Shown here piece after piece: positions 1 through 19,832 of a stretch of 64,000 nt of DNA; position 1 is the first letter of the stretch; every line of letters starts with the position of its first letter. Source of the DNA: Macrostomum lignano (Eukaryota); NCBI GenBank assembly GCA_002269645.1, contig NIVC01000177.1, forward strand, positions 256,134 through 320,133. The letters run 5' to 3'. The notes beneath the pieces were generated by a model. That model searched no databases, had not been told where the DNA came from, and worked only from the letters and a program-made list of their open reading frames with translations. Both the position numbers and the translations under genes were made by a program.

Positions 1-1417
1 GATTCTCAGTTTCTCAAAGGGTGAGATTTCTGGAGAATCTCAAGTTCTCATGAGGTGAGATTTCTAGAGATTCTCGGGTTCTCATGGGGTGAGATTTCTA
101 GAAGTTCTCGGGTTCTCATGGAGTCAGATTTCTAGAGATTCTCGGGTTCTCACGGGGTGAGATTTCTAGAGGTTCTCGGGTTCTCACGGGGTGAGATTTC
201 TAGAGGTTCTCGGGTTCTCATGGGGTGAGATTTCTAGAGGTTCTCGGGTTCTCACGGGGTGAGATTTCTAGAGGTTCTCGGGTTCTCACGGGGTGAGATT
301 TCTAGAGGTTCTCGGGTTCTCATGGGTGAGATTTCTAAAGGTTCTCGGGTTCTCACGGGGTGAGATTTCTAGAGGTTCTCGGGTTCTCATGGGGTGAGAT
401 TTCTAGAGGTTCTCGGGTTCTCATGGGGTGAGATTTCTAGAAGTTCTCGGGTTCTCATGGAGTCAGATTTCTAGAGGTTCTCGGGTTCTCACGGGGTGAG
501 ATTTCTAGAGGTTCTCGGGTTCTCACGGGGTGAGATTTCTAGAGGTTCTCGGGTTCTCATGGGGTGAGATTTCTAAAGGTTCTCGGGTTCTCACGGGGTG
601 AGATTTCTAGAGGTTCTCGGGTTCTCATGGGGTGAGATTTCTAGAAGTTCTCGGGTTCTCATGGAGTCAGATTTCTAGAGATTCTCGGGTTCTCACGGGG
701 TGAGATTTCTAGAGGTTCTCGGGTTCTCACGGGGTGAGATTTCTAGAGGTTCTCGGGTTCTCACGGGGTGAGATTTCTAGAGGTTCTCGGGTTCTCATGG
801 GGTGAGATTTCTAAAGGTTCTCGGGTTCTCACGGGGTGAGATTTCTAGAGGTTCTCGGGTTCTCATGGGGTGAGATTTCTAGAGGTTCTCGGGTTCTCAT
901 GGGGTGAGATTTCTAGAAGTTCTCGGGTTCTCATGGAGTCAGATTTCTAGAGGTTCTCGGGTTCTCACGGGGTGAGATTTCTAGAGGTTCTCGGGTTCTC
1001 ACGGGGTGAGATTTCTAGAGGTTCTCGGGTTCTCATGGGGTGAGGTTCTCGGGTTCTCACGGGGTGAGATTTCTAGAGGTTCTCGGGTTCTCATGGGGTG
1101 AGATTTCTAGAGGTTCTCGGGTTCTCACGGGGTGAGATTTCTAAAGATTCTCGGGTTCTCACGGGGTGAGATTTCTAAAGGTTCTCGGGTTCTCACGGGG
1201 TGAGATTTCTAGAGGTTCTCGGGTTCTCACGGGGTGAGATTTCTAAAGATTCTCGGGTTCTCACGGGGTGAGATTTCTAGAGGTTCTCGGGTTCTCACGG
1301 GGTGAGATTTCTAGAGGTTCTCGGGTTCTCACGGGGTGAGATTTCTAGAGGTTCTCGTGTTCTCACGGGGTGAGATTTCTAGAGGTTCTCGTGTCTCACG
1401 GGGTGAGATTTCTAGAG
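1..1417. repeat. 34-bp tandem minisatellite (GAGATTTCTAGAGGTTCTCGGGTTCTCACGGGGT), runs off the left edge
   Basis: About 41 near-identical units read directly; a GGAGTCAG variant recurs near 118, 458, 661 and 933. Confidence 0.97.
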
Positions 1418-1437
1418 ATTGATCAGCAATCAATCAG

Positions 1438-4400
1438 CCGCAAGAACAAACGGTGATTTTTAAAAACTTCAGCCAGTCGGCCCAAAAGAAGAAGAAGAGC
1501 AAGATCATAAATCTGTTCTCACCGAGCACGCAGTCGGGCAGCGGCAGGGGCCTCCGCCAGCTGCAGCTGATGAGCGCCGCCACCAACGCCAAGCTGGCAG
1601 CCGAGCTGACAGCGGCAAAGCTGGATGGCGACGGCTCCCTGCTGGCAGCCTTCGAGGCGATGCTGGAGACCGTCAGGTCCGACACTGAGACCATGATTGA
1701 GACCACCGACTGTCTCAGTGAGGGGCGCGTCCAGGGGTGAGCTGCTCAAATTGGATGATTGCAGTTTCTCGTGTCTACAGATTACAGTATCTCGTGTCTA
1801 TAGATTACAGTATCTCGTGTCTATAGATTACAGCATCTCGTGTCTATAGATTACAGCATCTCGTGTCTATAGATTACAGTATCTCGTGTCTACAGATTAC
1901 AGTATCTCGTGTCTATAGATTACAGCATCTCGTGTCTATAGATTACAGCATCTCGTGTCTATAGATTACAGTATCTCGTGTCTATAGATTACAGTATCTC
2001 GTGTCTACAGATTACAGTATCTCGTGTCTATAGATTACAGCATCTCGTGTCTATAGATTACAGCATCTCGTGTCTATAGATTACAGCATCTCGTGTCTAT
2101 AGATTACAGCATCTCGTGTCTATAGATTACAGTATCTCGTGTCTACAGATTACAGCATCTCGTGTCTATAGATTACAGTATCTCGTGTCTATAGATTACA
2201 GCATCTCGTGTCTATAGATTACAGTATCTCGTGTCTATAGATTACAGTATCTCGTGTCTATAGCTTACAGCATCTCGTGTCTATAGATTACAGTATCTCG
2301 TGTCTATAGATTACAGCATCTCGTGTCTATAGATTACAGCATCTCGTGTCTATAGATTACAGCATCTCGTGTCTATAGCTTACAGCATCTCGTGTCTATA
2401 GATTACAGTATCTCGTGTCTATAGATTACAGCATCTCGTGTCTATAGATTACAGTATCTCGTGTCTATAGATTACAGTATCTCGTGTCTATAGATTACAG
2501 TATCTCGTGTCTATAGATTACAGTCACTATCTCATGTCTATAGATTGCAGCATCTCGTGTCTATAGATTACAGCATCTCGTGTCTATAGATTACAGTACA
2601 TGTACCTCGTGTCTATAGATTACAGTATCTCGTGTCTATAGATTACAGTATCTCGTGTCTATAGATTACAGCATCTCGTGTCTATAGACTACAGTCACTA
2701 TCTCGTGTCTATAGATTACAGTCACTATCTCATGTCTATAGATTACAGCATCTCGTGTCTATAGATTACAGTATCTCGTGTCTATAGATTACAGCATCTC
2801 GTGTCTATAGATTACAGTCACTATCTCGTGTCTATAGATTACAGTACCTCGTGTCTATAGATTACAGCATCTCGTGTCTATAGATTACAGTATCTCGTGT
2901 CTATAGATTACAGTCACTATCTCGTGTCTATAGATTACAGCATATCGTGTCTATAGATTACAGCATCTCGTGTCTATAGATTGCAGCATCTCATGTCTAT
3001 AGATTACAGCATCTCGTGTCTATAGATTACAGTCACTATCTCGTGTCTATAGATTACAGCATCTCGTGTCTATAGATTACAGTATCTCGTGTCTATAGAT
3101 TACAGCATCTCGTGTCTATAGATTACAGCATCTCGTGTCTATAGATTACAGTATCTCGTGTCTATAGATTACAGCATCTCGTGTCTATAGATTACAGTCA
3201 CTATCTCGTGTCTATAGATTACAGCATCTCGTGTCTATAGATTACAGTATCTCGTGTCTATAGATTACAGTCACTATCTCGTGTCTATAGATTATAGCAT
3301 CTCGTGTCTATAGATTACAGCATCTCGTGTCTATAGATTACAGTATCTCGTGTCTATAGATTACAGCATCTCGTGTCTATAGATTACAGCATCTCGTGTC
3401 TATAGATTACAGTATCTCGTGTCTATAGATTACAGTCACTATCTCATGTCTATAGATTGCAGCATCTCATGTCTATAGATTACAGCATCTCGTGTCTATA
3501 GATTACAGCATCTCGTGTCTATAGATTACAGTCACTATCTCATGTCTATAGATTGCAGCATCTCATGTCTATAGATTACAGCATCTCGTGTCTATAGATT
3601 ACAGTCACTATCTCATGTCTATAGATTACAGCATCTCGTGTCTATAGATTACAGCATCTCGTGTCTATAGATTACAGTCAGCATCTCGTGTCTACAGAGA
3701 AGATTACAAAAAGCACAGAGCAGATTACAATAACACAAAGCAGATTACAAGAACGCAGAACAGATTACAATAACACAAAGCAGATTACAAGAACGCAGAA
3801 CAGATTACAAGAACGCAGAACAGATTAAAAGAACACAGAACAGATTACAAAATCACAGAACAGATTACAAGAACACAGGAGAGATTTCAAAAAGCATCTG
3901 TGGGTCCCAATCTCTCCAACGCAGCGCTGCTCAGCCGGTTCGCCCAGTTCAGCAGCCGCAGCAACAGCTGTCTCTTTACTTTGCCACTCGTTGGCCACAA
4001 TTCGTTGAAGCGGCGACTCAGCGTCTTTTAGAAGCGGACAAGCAGAATATTGAGCTGCAAGCTCTGAGGGCGTCTGCAGCTGCTATTGTGGAGCAGCAGC
4101 AGCAGCAGCAGCAGCGGCCTAAGTCGGTGACAGAGGTCGACAGCGGTCTCCATGGCAACGAGTATAATCGGCACAATCGGGGCTCGAACGACATCGATGG
4201 TCAGCAGTGGTGAGGGGTGCCGATTGGGGGACCACCTGGCTTTCTGGCCTGCTCGCATAAGTTATCTTAACTCCCCACAGCCCCTCCTCCACACAGCCCC
4301 CACCTCCCCACAGCCCCCTCCTCCCCACAGCCCTCACCTCCCCACAGCCCTACCTCCCCACAGCCCCCACCTCCCCACAGCCCCCTCCTCCCCACAGCCC

Positions 4401-4835
4401 CCACCTCCCCACAGCCCTACCTCCCCACAGCCCCCTCCTCCCCACAGCCCAACCTCCCTACAGCACCACCACCCCACAGCCCATCTCCACACAGCCCCAC
4501 CTCCCCACAGCACCACCACCCTACAGCCCATCTCCACACAGCCCCCACCTCCCCACAGCACCACCACCCCACAGCCCACCTCCCCACAATGGCTGCCACA
4601 ATCAAATGAAATGGCGGCCACAATCAATTATGAAATGGTGGCGGCCACAATCAAATGAAATGGCGCTGACACCCCCAAAGGCGCGCTGCCCTCCGCAATG
4701 AGGCATCCCGGCCTGCCCCGCAGAGCTGACACTCACGGCGCTGGCAACCACGACAGACGGGGCCGTCGCTCGACAGTCGCTACGGGACTCGCATCAGCGC
4801 AGCCTCTCCTGCCGAAGGCGGTCGAGCGCCTTCTG

Positions 4836-4868
<33 letters not shown>

Positions 4869-6977
4869 ACCAATCCCATCGTCCCTGGTGCAGAACGCCA
4901 ATCAGCTGGAAGCAGAAATTCGCCGGCTAAAATTGCAACTGAGTCGAAGTGAGCAGCAGCACAAGGTGAGAAAATAAATTTAGGCCGATAATTTTTATTG
5001 GTCAGGGTAAATTCAAGGACGACTTAAGTGGAAGGGAAAATCTCGTTTCTTAGAAAGTGTTTGAACGCAGGCTTTTCCGAAAACATACACTACGGAGATA
5101 GGAAGTTTTCAAATCTTTTCAGCACAAAAATTGTTATTGCTTTTGATAAGGGGGCAGATCCAGTGTTCATCTTTTGATATGTTGTGTCTTTCTTATTGAT
5201 CTATCGATATTTTATAAAGCTTTTCGTTTAAAGCCGTGCCATTTCAATGGTTTTCAGATACGTGCAAATGTACGTAGAATAAAAAATTAACATAGAATCC
5301 TAACTCTTTGAACGAAAAGTTTTATAAATATCGATAGATCAATAAGAAAGGCACAGCATATCAAAAGATAAACACTGGATCTGGCTCCTATCAAAAGCAA
5401 TAGCAATTTTTGTGCTGAAAAAATGAAAACTTCCTATCTCCGTAGTGTATTTTTACAAAAAAGCCTGCCTTCAATTTTTTTCTAAGAAACGAGGTTTCCC
5501 GTCCTTCTACTTACAGTGTAAGTCGTCATTGGGTTAATTAGTATTAACAAAGGTCGCGTTTTTTCTAGATAGATTGAGCTTTGAGGCCTTTACTTTTCAA
5601 ATCTCGTTATAGTTAATTTAGAAGAAAAATTATTGCTAAATTTTTAATTTTCACTGTGCATCGCAAAAATAGTATTCATTCTCTTTTATTGTTACTCGTC
5701 AGTAGCTGATCGATGCGTTGTTTTTTAAATTGTAAATAAATTCAGGCCGAGCTGGACAGGCAGGCCAGAGAACGGGAGCGAATGACTCGTGAATTTCGTC
5801 AGGCTCAACGACGAGTCCCGGGACCCAGGTGGCCAACCGCTACCGCCGGTCTTGGGCTCCAGCAACAGCAGAAGCAACAGCAAAAGCAGCAGCAACAGCA
5901 AAAGCAACAGCAAGAGCAGGAGCAGGAGCAGCAATACGGAGATTCGGTGGATCGCTTAGCCAAGAGCTTGGGCTTGTTGAAGACACCAGGGCAGACGGCT
6001 GATACGGCTGGCAGGTACGCTGAGCACCTGTCTTGGGTGTCCGCTGTGTTGCAGTCAGCTTGTTCGGAATCCCCTGTTAGACACCTACCTGTTAGACACC
6101 TAATAGAATCACCTGTTAGACACCTAATAGAATCCCCTGTTAGTCACCTAATAGTATCACCTGTTAGACACCTAATAGAATCACCTGTTAGACACCTAAT
6201 AGTATCACCTGTTAGACACCTAATAGTATCACCTGTTAGACACCTAATAGAATCACCTGTTAGTCACCTAATAGAATCACCTGTTAGACACCTAATAGAA
6301 TCCCCTGTTAGTCACCTAATAGTATCAACTGTTAGACACCTAATAGAATCACCTGTTAGACACCTAATAGTATCACCTGTTAGACACCTAATAGAATCAC
6401 CTGTTAGTCACCTAATAGAATCACCTGTTAGACACCTAATAGAATCACCTGTTAGTCACCTAATAGAATCACCTGTTAGACACCTAATAGAATCACCTGT
6501 TAGACACCTAATAGTATCACCTGTTAGACACCTAATAGAATCACCTGTTAGTCACTAAATATGTGAAAGTTGAAATATAACACGTTAATCAGCCGCAGGT
6601 CGAACTCACCACGTGGTCAACAACAGCACTCGGCCACCAGCATCGCCATCAAGGACGTCTGCTCCGCGGCACTGTCTCGCATTGAAGCCCTCCAAGCAGA
6701 CTTCCAGACCACGCGGCAGCGTCAAGAGAATCAAGCTGCTCTGCTAGACGTGCTGAAACAACGACTGGACATTTCCGCCGATCAGCTGGTCGATGCTAAG
6801 AAATTCGACGCCGCTTTAGCCGACATCGCCGGGCGACTCAATCAGCAGCAAAATGAGGACGGCGGCAACAGAGGCGGCTGTGGCGGTGGCAGCGGCGTCA
6901 CCGATGACAGAGGAGCTCAAGAGAGTCTGGTTAGCAGAATTGCTAATAGACTTCGAGATAGGCAGCGTGTGATCTGA
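1438..6977 (+). CDS. Multi-exon coiled-coil / polyQ protein of unknown family (5' end probably lies outside the window)
   Basis: Exons ~1438-1736, ~3895-4199/4209, ~4723-4965, 5746-6014, 6599-6977 (stop). Junctions 4965|GTGAG to TTCAG|5746 (phase 0) and 6014|GTACGC to CCGCAG|6599 (phase 2) keep the frame. Translation includes LVQNANQLEAEIRRLKLQLSRSEQQHK-AELDRQARERERMTREF. Boundaries of the first three exons are less certain. Confidence 0.65.
1767..3697. repeat. 23-bp intronic minisatellite (CATCTCGTGTCTATAGATTACAG) with 27-bp TCAC-insertion variants
   Basis: About 80 tandem units read directly. Confidence 0.97.
3698..3885. repeat. 20-bp tandem repeat (CAGATTACAAGAACGCAGAA)
   Basis: About 9 units; shares the AGATTACA core with the adjacent 23-bp array. 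Confidence 0.9.
4268..4590. repeat. C-rich 16-17 bp intronic repeat (CCCCACAGCCCCCACCT)
   Basis: Tandem CCCCACAG units; accounts for the P/H/S-rich spurious ORFs. Confidence 0.9.
6069..6556. repeat. 24-bp intronic minisatellite (CACCTAATAGAATCACCTGTTAGA)
   Basis: About 20 units; translates as the SPVRHLIE repeat in the ORF track. Confidence 0.95.
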
Positions 6978-7539
6978 CACTTCTCCTTCATGATGATCGA
7001 TGAGCCTTTTGTAGGGGTATCCTAACTACCAAGATTACCCCTGAGACTTCAGTAGCCTTCAGAAACTCAAAATACCCCTGAACCTTTAACAGGCTAAAAT
7101 CGAAATACCCCTGGCCCAGAACCTTCAGTCGGATCAAACTCGAAATACCCCTGAACCTTCAGTCGGCTTAATCTGCAATTCTCCCTGAAGATGGTATTCC
7201 ATTCAATCAGTCTTATGACGGAACTGCCTCCACAAAACCTACTATTTCTGTTGACTACTTGCCGGCCATCTTGACGCTTGACTTTCAGTGTCGGTAATTA
7301 TAACGCAATAATTTATTTCCAGTGGAATACATTTAGTATTATAGTAATATTATAGTTCATTACAGACTTGGCATTGTGTTAGTATATAGTAAAAGTGCGC
7401 CGCGTACTCTTGTATTCCAAGAAAACATTTTTTTATTTCATGAGGAGAAAGCCGTTTTGTTTAATTCTGCACTTTGCGTTTTGTCACTGGGTATGGCGTA
7501 TCTAGTTGATGTGACCAACAACTGAAAATATATGATCAG

Positions 7540-7985
7540 AATTTGGCGCCGTTTTTAACTCAGAATTCGCGCTTTTTTAACACGGAGTTTGGCGCTATTT
7601 TAGACTTAATATTTGGCGCTTTTAAAACAAGGAATTCGGCGCCACTTTCGACATATTATTTGCGCTTTATGGACTAAAAATTTAGCGCTATTTCAAACTT
7701 GATATTAGGCGCTTTTTTAACACGGAATTCGGCGCCTTTTTAGACTTAATATTTGGCGCTTTTTAAACAAGGATTTTGGCGCCACTTTCGATTTATTATT
7801 TGGCGATTTTTGGAATCAAAATTTGCCACCATTTTAAACTTGATATTAGGCGCTTTTATCAAAAGTGGAACGCGGAATTTGGCGCTATTTTTAACTTGAT
7901 ATTAGGCGCTTTTTAAACGCAGAATTTGGCGCCATTTTAAAACTCATATTAGGCGCTTTTTAAACGCGGAATTTGGCGTCATAGA
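7540..7985. repeat. Degenerate repeat built on a TT(A/G)GGCGC core
   Basis: TTGGCGC/TTAGGCGC recurs every ~20-22 bp. Confidence 0.75.
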
Positions 7986-8182
7986 AAAACCGATATTTTG
8001 TTTTATGGCAATAAAGATGGACAAGGATGCTGCTGCAACAACTTGGTCGATCAGATTTGCAGAATTGTCTGTGGCATTAGCAGTGGCTGGTATATGCAGA
8101 TGTCAAGACAATTACATTGGGTAGCTATATAAGTGAGCCATGGATAGCCGAGTTAACTCAAGCGACTTGCTACCAGAATGCC

Positions 8183-8779
8183 ATGAGCGATGAAGCCAGC
8201 GAAGTAGCTGCTGACCCCGCGGATATCCAGCTAGAAAACTCCTCTTGCCGAAGTCTCAGCCGGCGAGCCGGATTCGGACTAACCGGCCGCATCTCGATGG
8301 GCCCGTCGGCAAAGTCGCTAAGAGAACTGCTGTTCACAGTGCCCAGTCTGAGAATCTACGCCAACGTTGCATTCACGCTCAAGAGCCTGCAGTTCGAAGC
8401 CAAATCGTCCAACGATCCGAGCGGCAGGCAGAAGGCGCTGATCCAGCTGACCTGCGAGCCGGTGCACACCGAAATTCTGCGCAGCCTCTCGGATATTCAG
8501 GATAAACTTGGCGAGTCCGTCTACGTCGAGGTGAAACTGACAAGCCAAGGCAAGGGCGGAGCCACGCGGCTGGACGTGTTCACCGGCAGGATCGACCTGA
8601 CCAGCCAGATGCGCAGCAACATCCTGGAGGAGGACCCCATGGTGCCAGTCACGCTTCGAGTCCGTCTGGTGCACGTGGTTGGCGGCGACTGCGACTCCGG
8701 CAAAGTGGCCAGGACCTTCGGCCACCTCACCATGACCACCATCAGCGAGCTGGTGCAGAAGGCGTTCGACGACGAATAG
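8183..8779 (+). CDS. Intronless ORF, ~198 aa, unknown function
   Basis: ATG at 8183 (CCATGA), GC3-rich codons, non-repetitive protein, AT-rich flanks; no family recognised. Confidence 0.6.
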   Translation: MSDEASEVAADPADIQLENSSCRSLSRRAGFGLTGRISMGPSAKSLRELLFTVPSLRIYANVAFTLKSLQFEAKSSNDPSGRQKALIQLTCEPVHTEILRSLSDIQDKLGESVYVEVKLTSQGKGGATRLDVFTGRIDLTSQMRSNILEEDPMVPVTLRVRLVHVVGGDCDSGKVARTFGHLTMTTISELVQKAFDDE

Positions 8780-8999
8780 AAGTCAGTGGAAAATTAAATA
8801 CAGCAGACATTTGCAGACAAGATTTTCAGTTGCTTTCGGCTTTCCGTTTCCGACACAGTCAGTTGACAATGCAGTCAGGCTTGGCTTTCGAATTCTTTTT
8901 TAGGAGCGATTCCTGAGTCTATGAGATTTGGAAATTTATTGGCTTTGTTAGTCGTGGAATTTTCATCTTATACTTTCGGGGATTTCGTCGATTTGGCGA

Positions 9000-9825
9000 A
9001 TTTGCAGCTCTGGGGATTTGTAGCTTTTTGGGGATTTCGTAGCTTTTTGGGGATTTCGTAGCTTTTTGGGGATTTCGTAGCTTTTTAGGAAATTTGTAGC
9101 TTTTTTGGGAAATTTGTAGCTTTTTGGGGATTTTGTAGCTTTTTGGGAAATTTGTAGCTTTTTGGGAAATTTGTAGCTTTTTGGGGATTTCGTAGCTTTT
9201 TGGGAATTTTGTAGCTTTTTAGGAAATTTGTAGCTTTTTGGGAAATTCGTAGCTTTTTGGGAATTTCGTAGCTTTTTAGGAAATTTGTAGCTTTTTGGGA
9301 AATTTGTAGCTTTTGGGGATTTTGTAGCTTTTTGGGGAATTTGTAGCTTTTTGGGGAATTTGTAGCTTTTTTGGGAAATTTGTAGCTTTTGGGGATTTTG
9401 TAGCTTTTTGGGGAATTTGTAGCTTTTTGGGGAATTTGTAGCTTTTTGGGAAATTTGTAGCTTTGGGGATTTCGTAGCTTTTTGGGGATTTTGTAGCTCT
9501 GGGGATTTTGTAGCTTTTTGGGAAATTTGTAGCTTTTTGGGGAATTCGTAACTTTTTGGGAAATTTGTAGCTTTTTGGGGATTTTGTAGCTTTTTGGGAA
9601 ATTTGTAGCTTTCTGGGGAATTCGTAACTTTTTGGGAAATTTGTAGCTTTTTGGGGATTTTGTAGCTTTTGGATTTTTGTAGCTTTTTGGGGATTTCTTA
9701 GCTTTTTGGGGATTTATGTAGCTTTTTGGGGATTTCTTAGCTTTTTGGGGATTTTTGTAGCTTTTTGGGGATTTCTTAGCTTTTTGGAGATTTTGTAGCT
9801 TTGGGGATTTCGGAGTTTCATAGAA
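9000..9825. repeat. 19-20 bp tandem repeat (TTTGTAGCTTTTTGGGGAA variants)
   Basis: About 40 units; source of the K/P/S-rich spurious minus-strand ORF. Confidence 0.95.
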
Positions 9826-10377
9826 TCTCAAAGTCAATGAGGATTCGTTGACTGTGCAGTACAACCTAGTATAATTTTAAATTTAAAGCAAAAATGGAAA
9901 CTGCAAGCACCGCCTGCATTTACAACAGTACAAACGATTGAAAAGTACACCGGTACGTATATTTATACCTCAGCAGGCGAACTAACTAGTATAACAAATG
10001 CCACTTACTTGCATAAATATAGTTATAAACTTATAGAAAATAAGTAAGCAAACAGTTAAAATTCTAAAACTTGAAATTGCACCTTTGTGTTCTTCAGTTC
10101 GAGCCCGACAGAAATGCGACTGGAACAGTTAATTAGACAGAACAAATGTGCATAATGAAATTATTAATATTAATTTGGCAATTATTGCTAACCTAATGCA
10201 ATTAGAAACTTATATTCGTACGTATAAATATGATAATAACAAATTATCTTAAATGCGTTTGATGTTGTTTTTATGATTTTAAAACAAAATGAATATCAAC
10301 AAAATTAGTTTGACTGCGGAGCTAATAAAATATGAAAAAAAATAAGTTTAAAACATGAGTCTGTATAAAACATTCAT

Positions 10378-16968
<6,591 letters not shown>

Positions 16969-18597
16969 TTAAAGATGCATATGATCATAGGATCTTTTCA
17001 TTTTGTACCTTGGGGGGAGTTGAAAAATTATTCTTGAGATGCAACTTTAGAAATTTTGTGGGTACTTAGTATTTATACCTATACTGAAAACTGCCTCTGT
17101 TGGATGTCTTTATATGGGAATGAAGAAATGTAAAAATAAGGCCTCAATATTCATTGGGCATTGGGAAAGAAATAATTGGGGCTAAGGGCTAAGGTATATT
17201 AGTCAGTTGTAAGATAGAAGGCTAATTATTGAATAATGAGAAAAGAATTAAAGTCTACACTTGAATATGTGAATAAAGGTAGATAATGGGAATCTTTACA
17301 GATATGAATACATCGGTTTGCATTGTTGGCTTAGAAAGTTAATAAATTGCTTTATTAAAAATTAAGTAGTTATCACATTTTGATTGAAATATGATTATAT
17401 TGCATAATAGTCAACAATATTTTTGGTAGCAATGGAAGACAGTTGGCAACTTTGTAGTTATGCACATATAATGTAAGTTAAAAATTGCTGCATATAATAT
17501 AATATATTATAGTATTTGTTTGAATAGGGCCTATCTTAGGAGACTAGGGCCTAATTGCTTATAATAAATATGCCTACTTAAAAAATTAATATATCTTGAC
17601 TTGACTATCTTGATATTAATTTTCAGTTTTGAGATTAAAAAATGGTTGATAATTTAGAAGACATGAAAATTTAAATGTCTATTTTAGTAGCCTAGGGCTA
17701 GGCCTATCTTAGATAGGCTATCTATTGCAAATGCAATAGGCCCCTAGAACAAAAATTTCTAACAGTTTTCTAGCATAATTATACAGTGTTTTGAATAAAT
17801 TTTGAATTTAATTACAATTAGGCCTATAGGCCTTTTTAGCCTATATAGATACAAAACACAAGTTTTCTCTATTTTAATCTATGAAAAAATGGGCTTTGAT
17901 TCAAATGTGAAAAAGACAAAAATATTCTCAATTTATGCATACATTGACAAATGACAACTGTTTATTCATTGTAGATTGCCTACATTGTATAGCACTATAT
18001 AAGGCCTTTTTAAAATGTCTATACAGCTGTAGTAGCTGTACTGTACTGTAGTAACCTATAGATCAAATTTGGAAGCATACAAAAAGACAATATATATATG
18101 AGTATGAACATTAAATAGAGTCTGGTCTGAATCCAAGACATGCGAGACGCCACACGCCGCCACCACTGGCAGTGGCACATACGCCAAGCGCTGCCTGCGC
18201 TGGACCGCTGGTTGTGACAACAACGGGGACTTGAAGCCAGTCAACGTTAAGTTCGTTTAAAACACAAAATATTCGGACTAGAACAACTTGCAAGCATGTG
18301 TTGTAAATCAAGTTATTTTAACAAACATTTTTGAGCGTACTGCTATTTAAAGAAAAATGTAAGCATGTTCAACTTCTCAAAGGAAATAAGTTTTGACTTA
18401 CTTCTAAGATTGTTTTAGTTAACAGACCAGCACCCGTTTTTTATGATAGGCTGCCGGTTGGACATTAAGTTCAAAAACACTAAAATACGCTCTAAAAACG
18501 CTAATTGTGTAAAAATAATATCCAAGGAAAATCAGAGATTTTCGGCTTTAGCCAGAAACAGATTGACAGTAACGGGTGCGCGCGCAGTGGGCAGATT

Positions 18598-19337
18598 TTA
18601 GGTGGAGCTGGGCCCGGCGATACAGCTCCTCGTAGGTGATGTTGGAAGAGGAAGCGAGTCAGTAGTGGACACGCAGAAGGCAGCATATTGCAGTCCAGCA
18701 TGCATAGCAATTCTGCATGGTTGGTCAGGGTCACCTTTGAACGTTGTAAAAAGACTCAGGACTGACTCGATCAGCAGCTTGGAATAATTAAACCAATAAA
18801 TGTACCCATCAGTCGGTATGGAAGTGCGGGACACTGACAGTTCTCATACAGATGTACCGAACCGAAATGCTGCAGAAGCCAGCGTTCTGTGTCGCGCCAT
18901 GTCCTCCAGTGCACTTGGCACAAGACCGCCGGTAGAAGTACAATACATGTAATTCCTTGTAACACGAAGGAGCAGCGCCGCAATGCCCGTAGACTCGTAG
19001 AAGCAGGGGGCGCCAGCACCTAGTGGCTTTTCTACAGTGCAGAAAGCCCCTTGACGACAATCAACAAGCTGACTACCATCCCCCCCCCGATTCCCGCAGC
19101 GATTTCGAGTCAAAAGCCGAGAGCGTACTAAACGCATGCGCAGAGGACGATCAGGCCAAGTCGCAAGGAAATCTGGTTCGCCAACTGCAGCACTACGCCG
19201 AGAGCACCAAACCTGTTGCTGGCTGCCGAGGGCGACTCCATCAGGTTCCTGAATCTCGCACAAGATCTGCCACCGCTGCTGGATTATGCTTGGACGGGGC
19301 AGTTTGTCTGAGAAGAAGAATGGCTCGCTCAAGATGA
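18598..19337 (-). pseudogene. Degraded coding-like segment, unidentified
   Basis: GC-rich, codon-like stretches in several frames on the minus strand (e.g. DGYIYWFNYSKLLIESVL; NITYEELYRRAQLH) with no continuous ORF; strand is uncertain. Confidence 0.25.
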
Positions 19338-19832
19338 GAGCTGCGCGGTGCTATTGCTCTTATCTGTTAGCTTCTAGGGGCTGACAATCTGTGACGATAT
19401 TGCTGCACTAATCTATTTTAGAAAACTTAAATAATTTCCATGGGTAAGCATGAAACAAAAAATACGTGTACAGTGTGGAAGAATTTTAGCTGTCACATTA
19501 AATTTAGGTGACACTGCGCAAAAAACTACTGGAAACGAGTAGACGCTGTGCCTTTTTATAACTTTAATTTCGAGTGGCATAGTTATACTACTATCTGTAC
19601 ATATATACTGGTGTAAAAGCCGCTTTCTCGATAATACTACAACTATGCTCGATAATAGACAGGAAACTACGTCGAAACATGCTAAATCAAGCATTTAACA
19701 GCTAGAGTTTTTTTCGCAGAAACTTTTTAAAAAAGGGCTTAATTTTCATATTAATTACCTGCATTTCTATAAGATTAGTTTTTACTGACATAATAAATCT
19801 CGCTGAAAGGAGCAAGCTTTTAAACACTTTGG

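Noticed and set aside
1-3697. Regular short repeats that could be mistaken for CRISPR arrays (also 27936-29595 and 41895-43860)
   Set aside because: Units are head-to-tail with no unique spacers, there are no cas genes, and the context is a spliced eukaryotic genome
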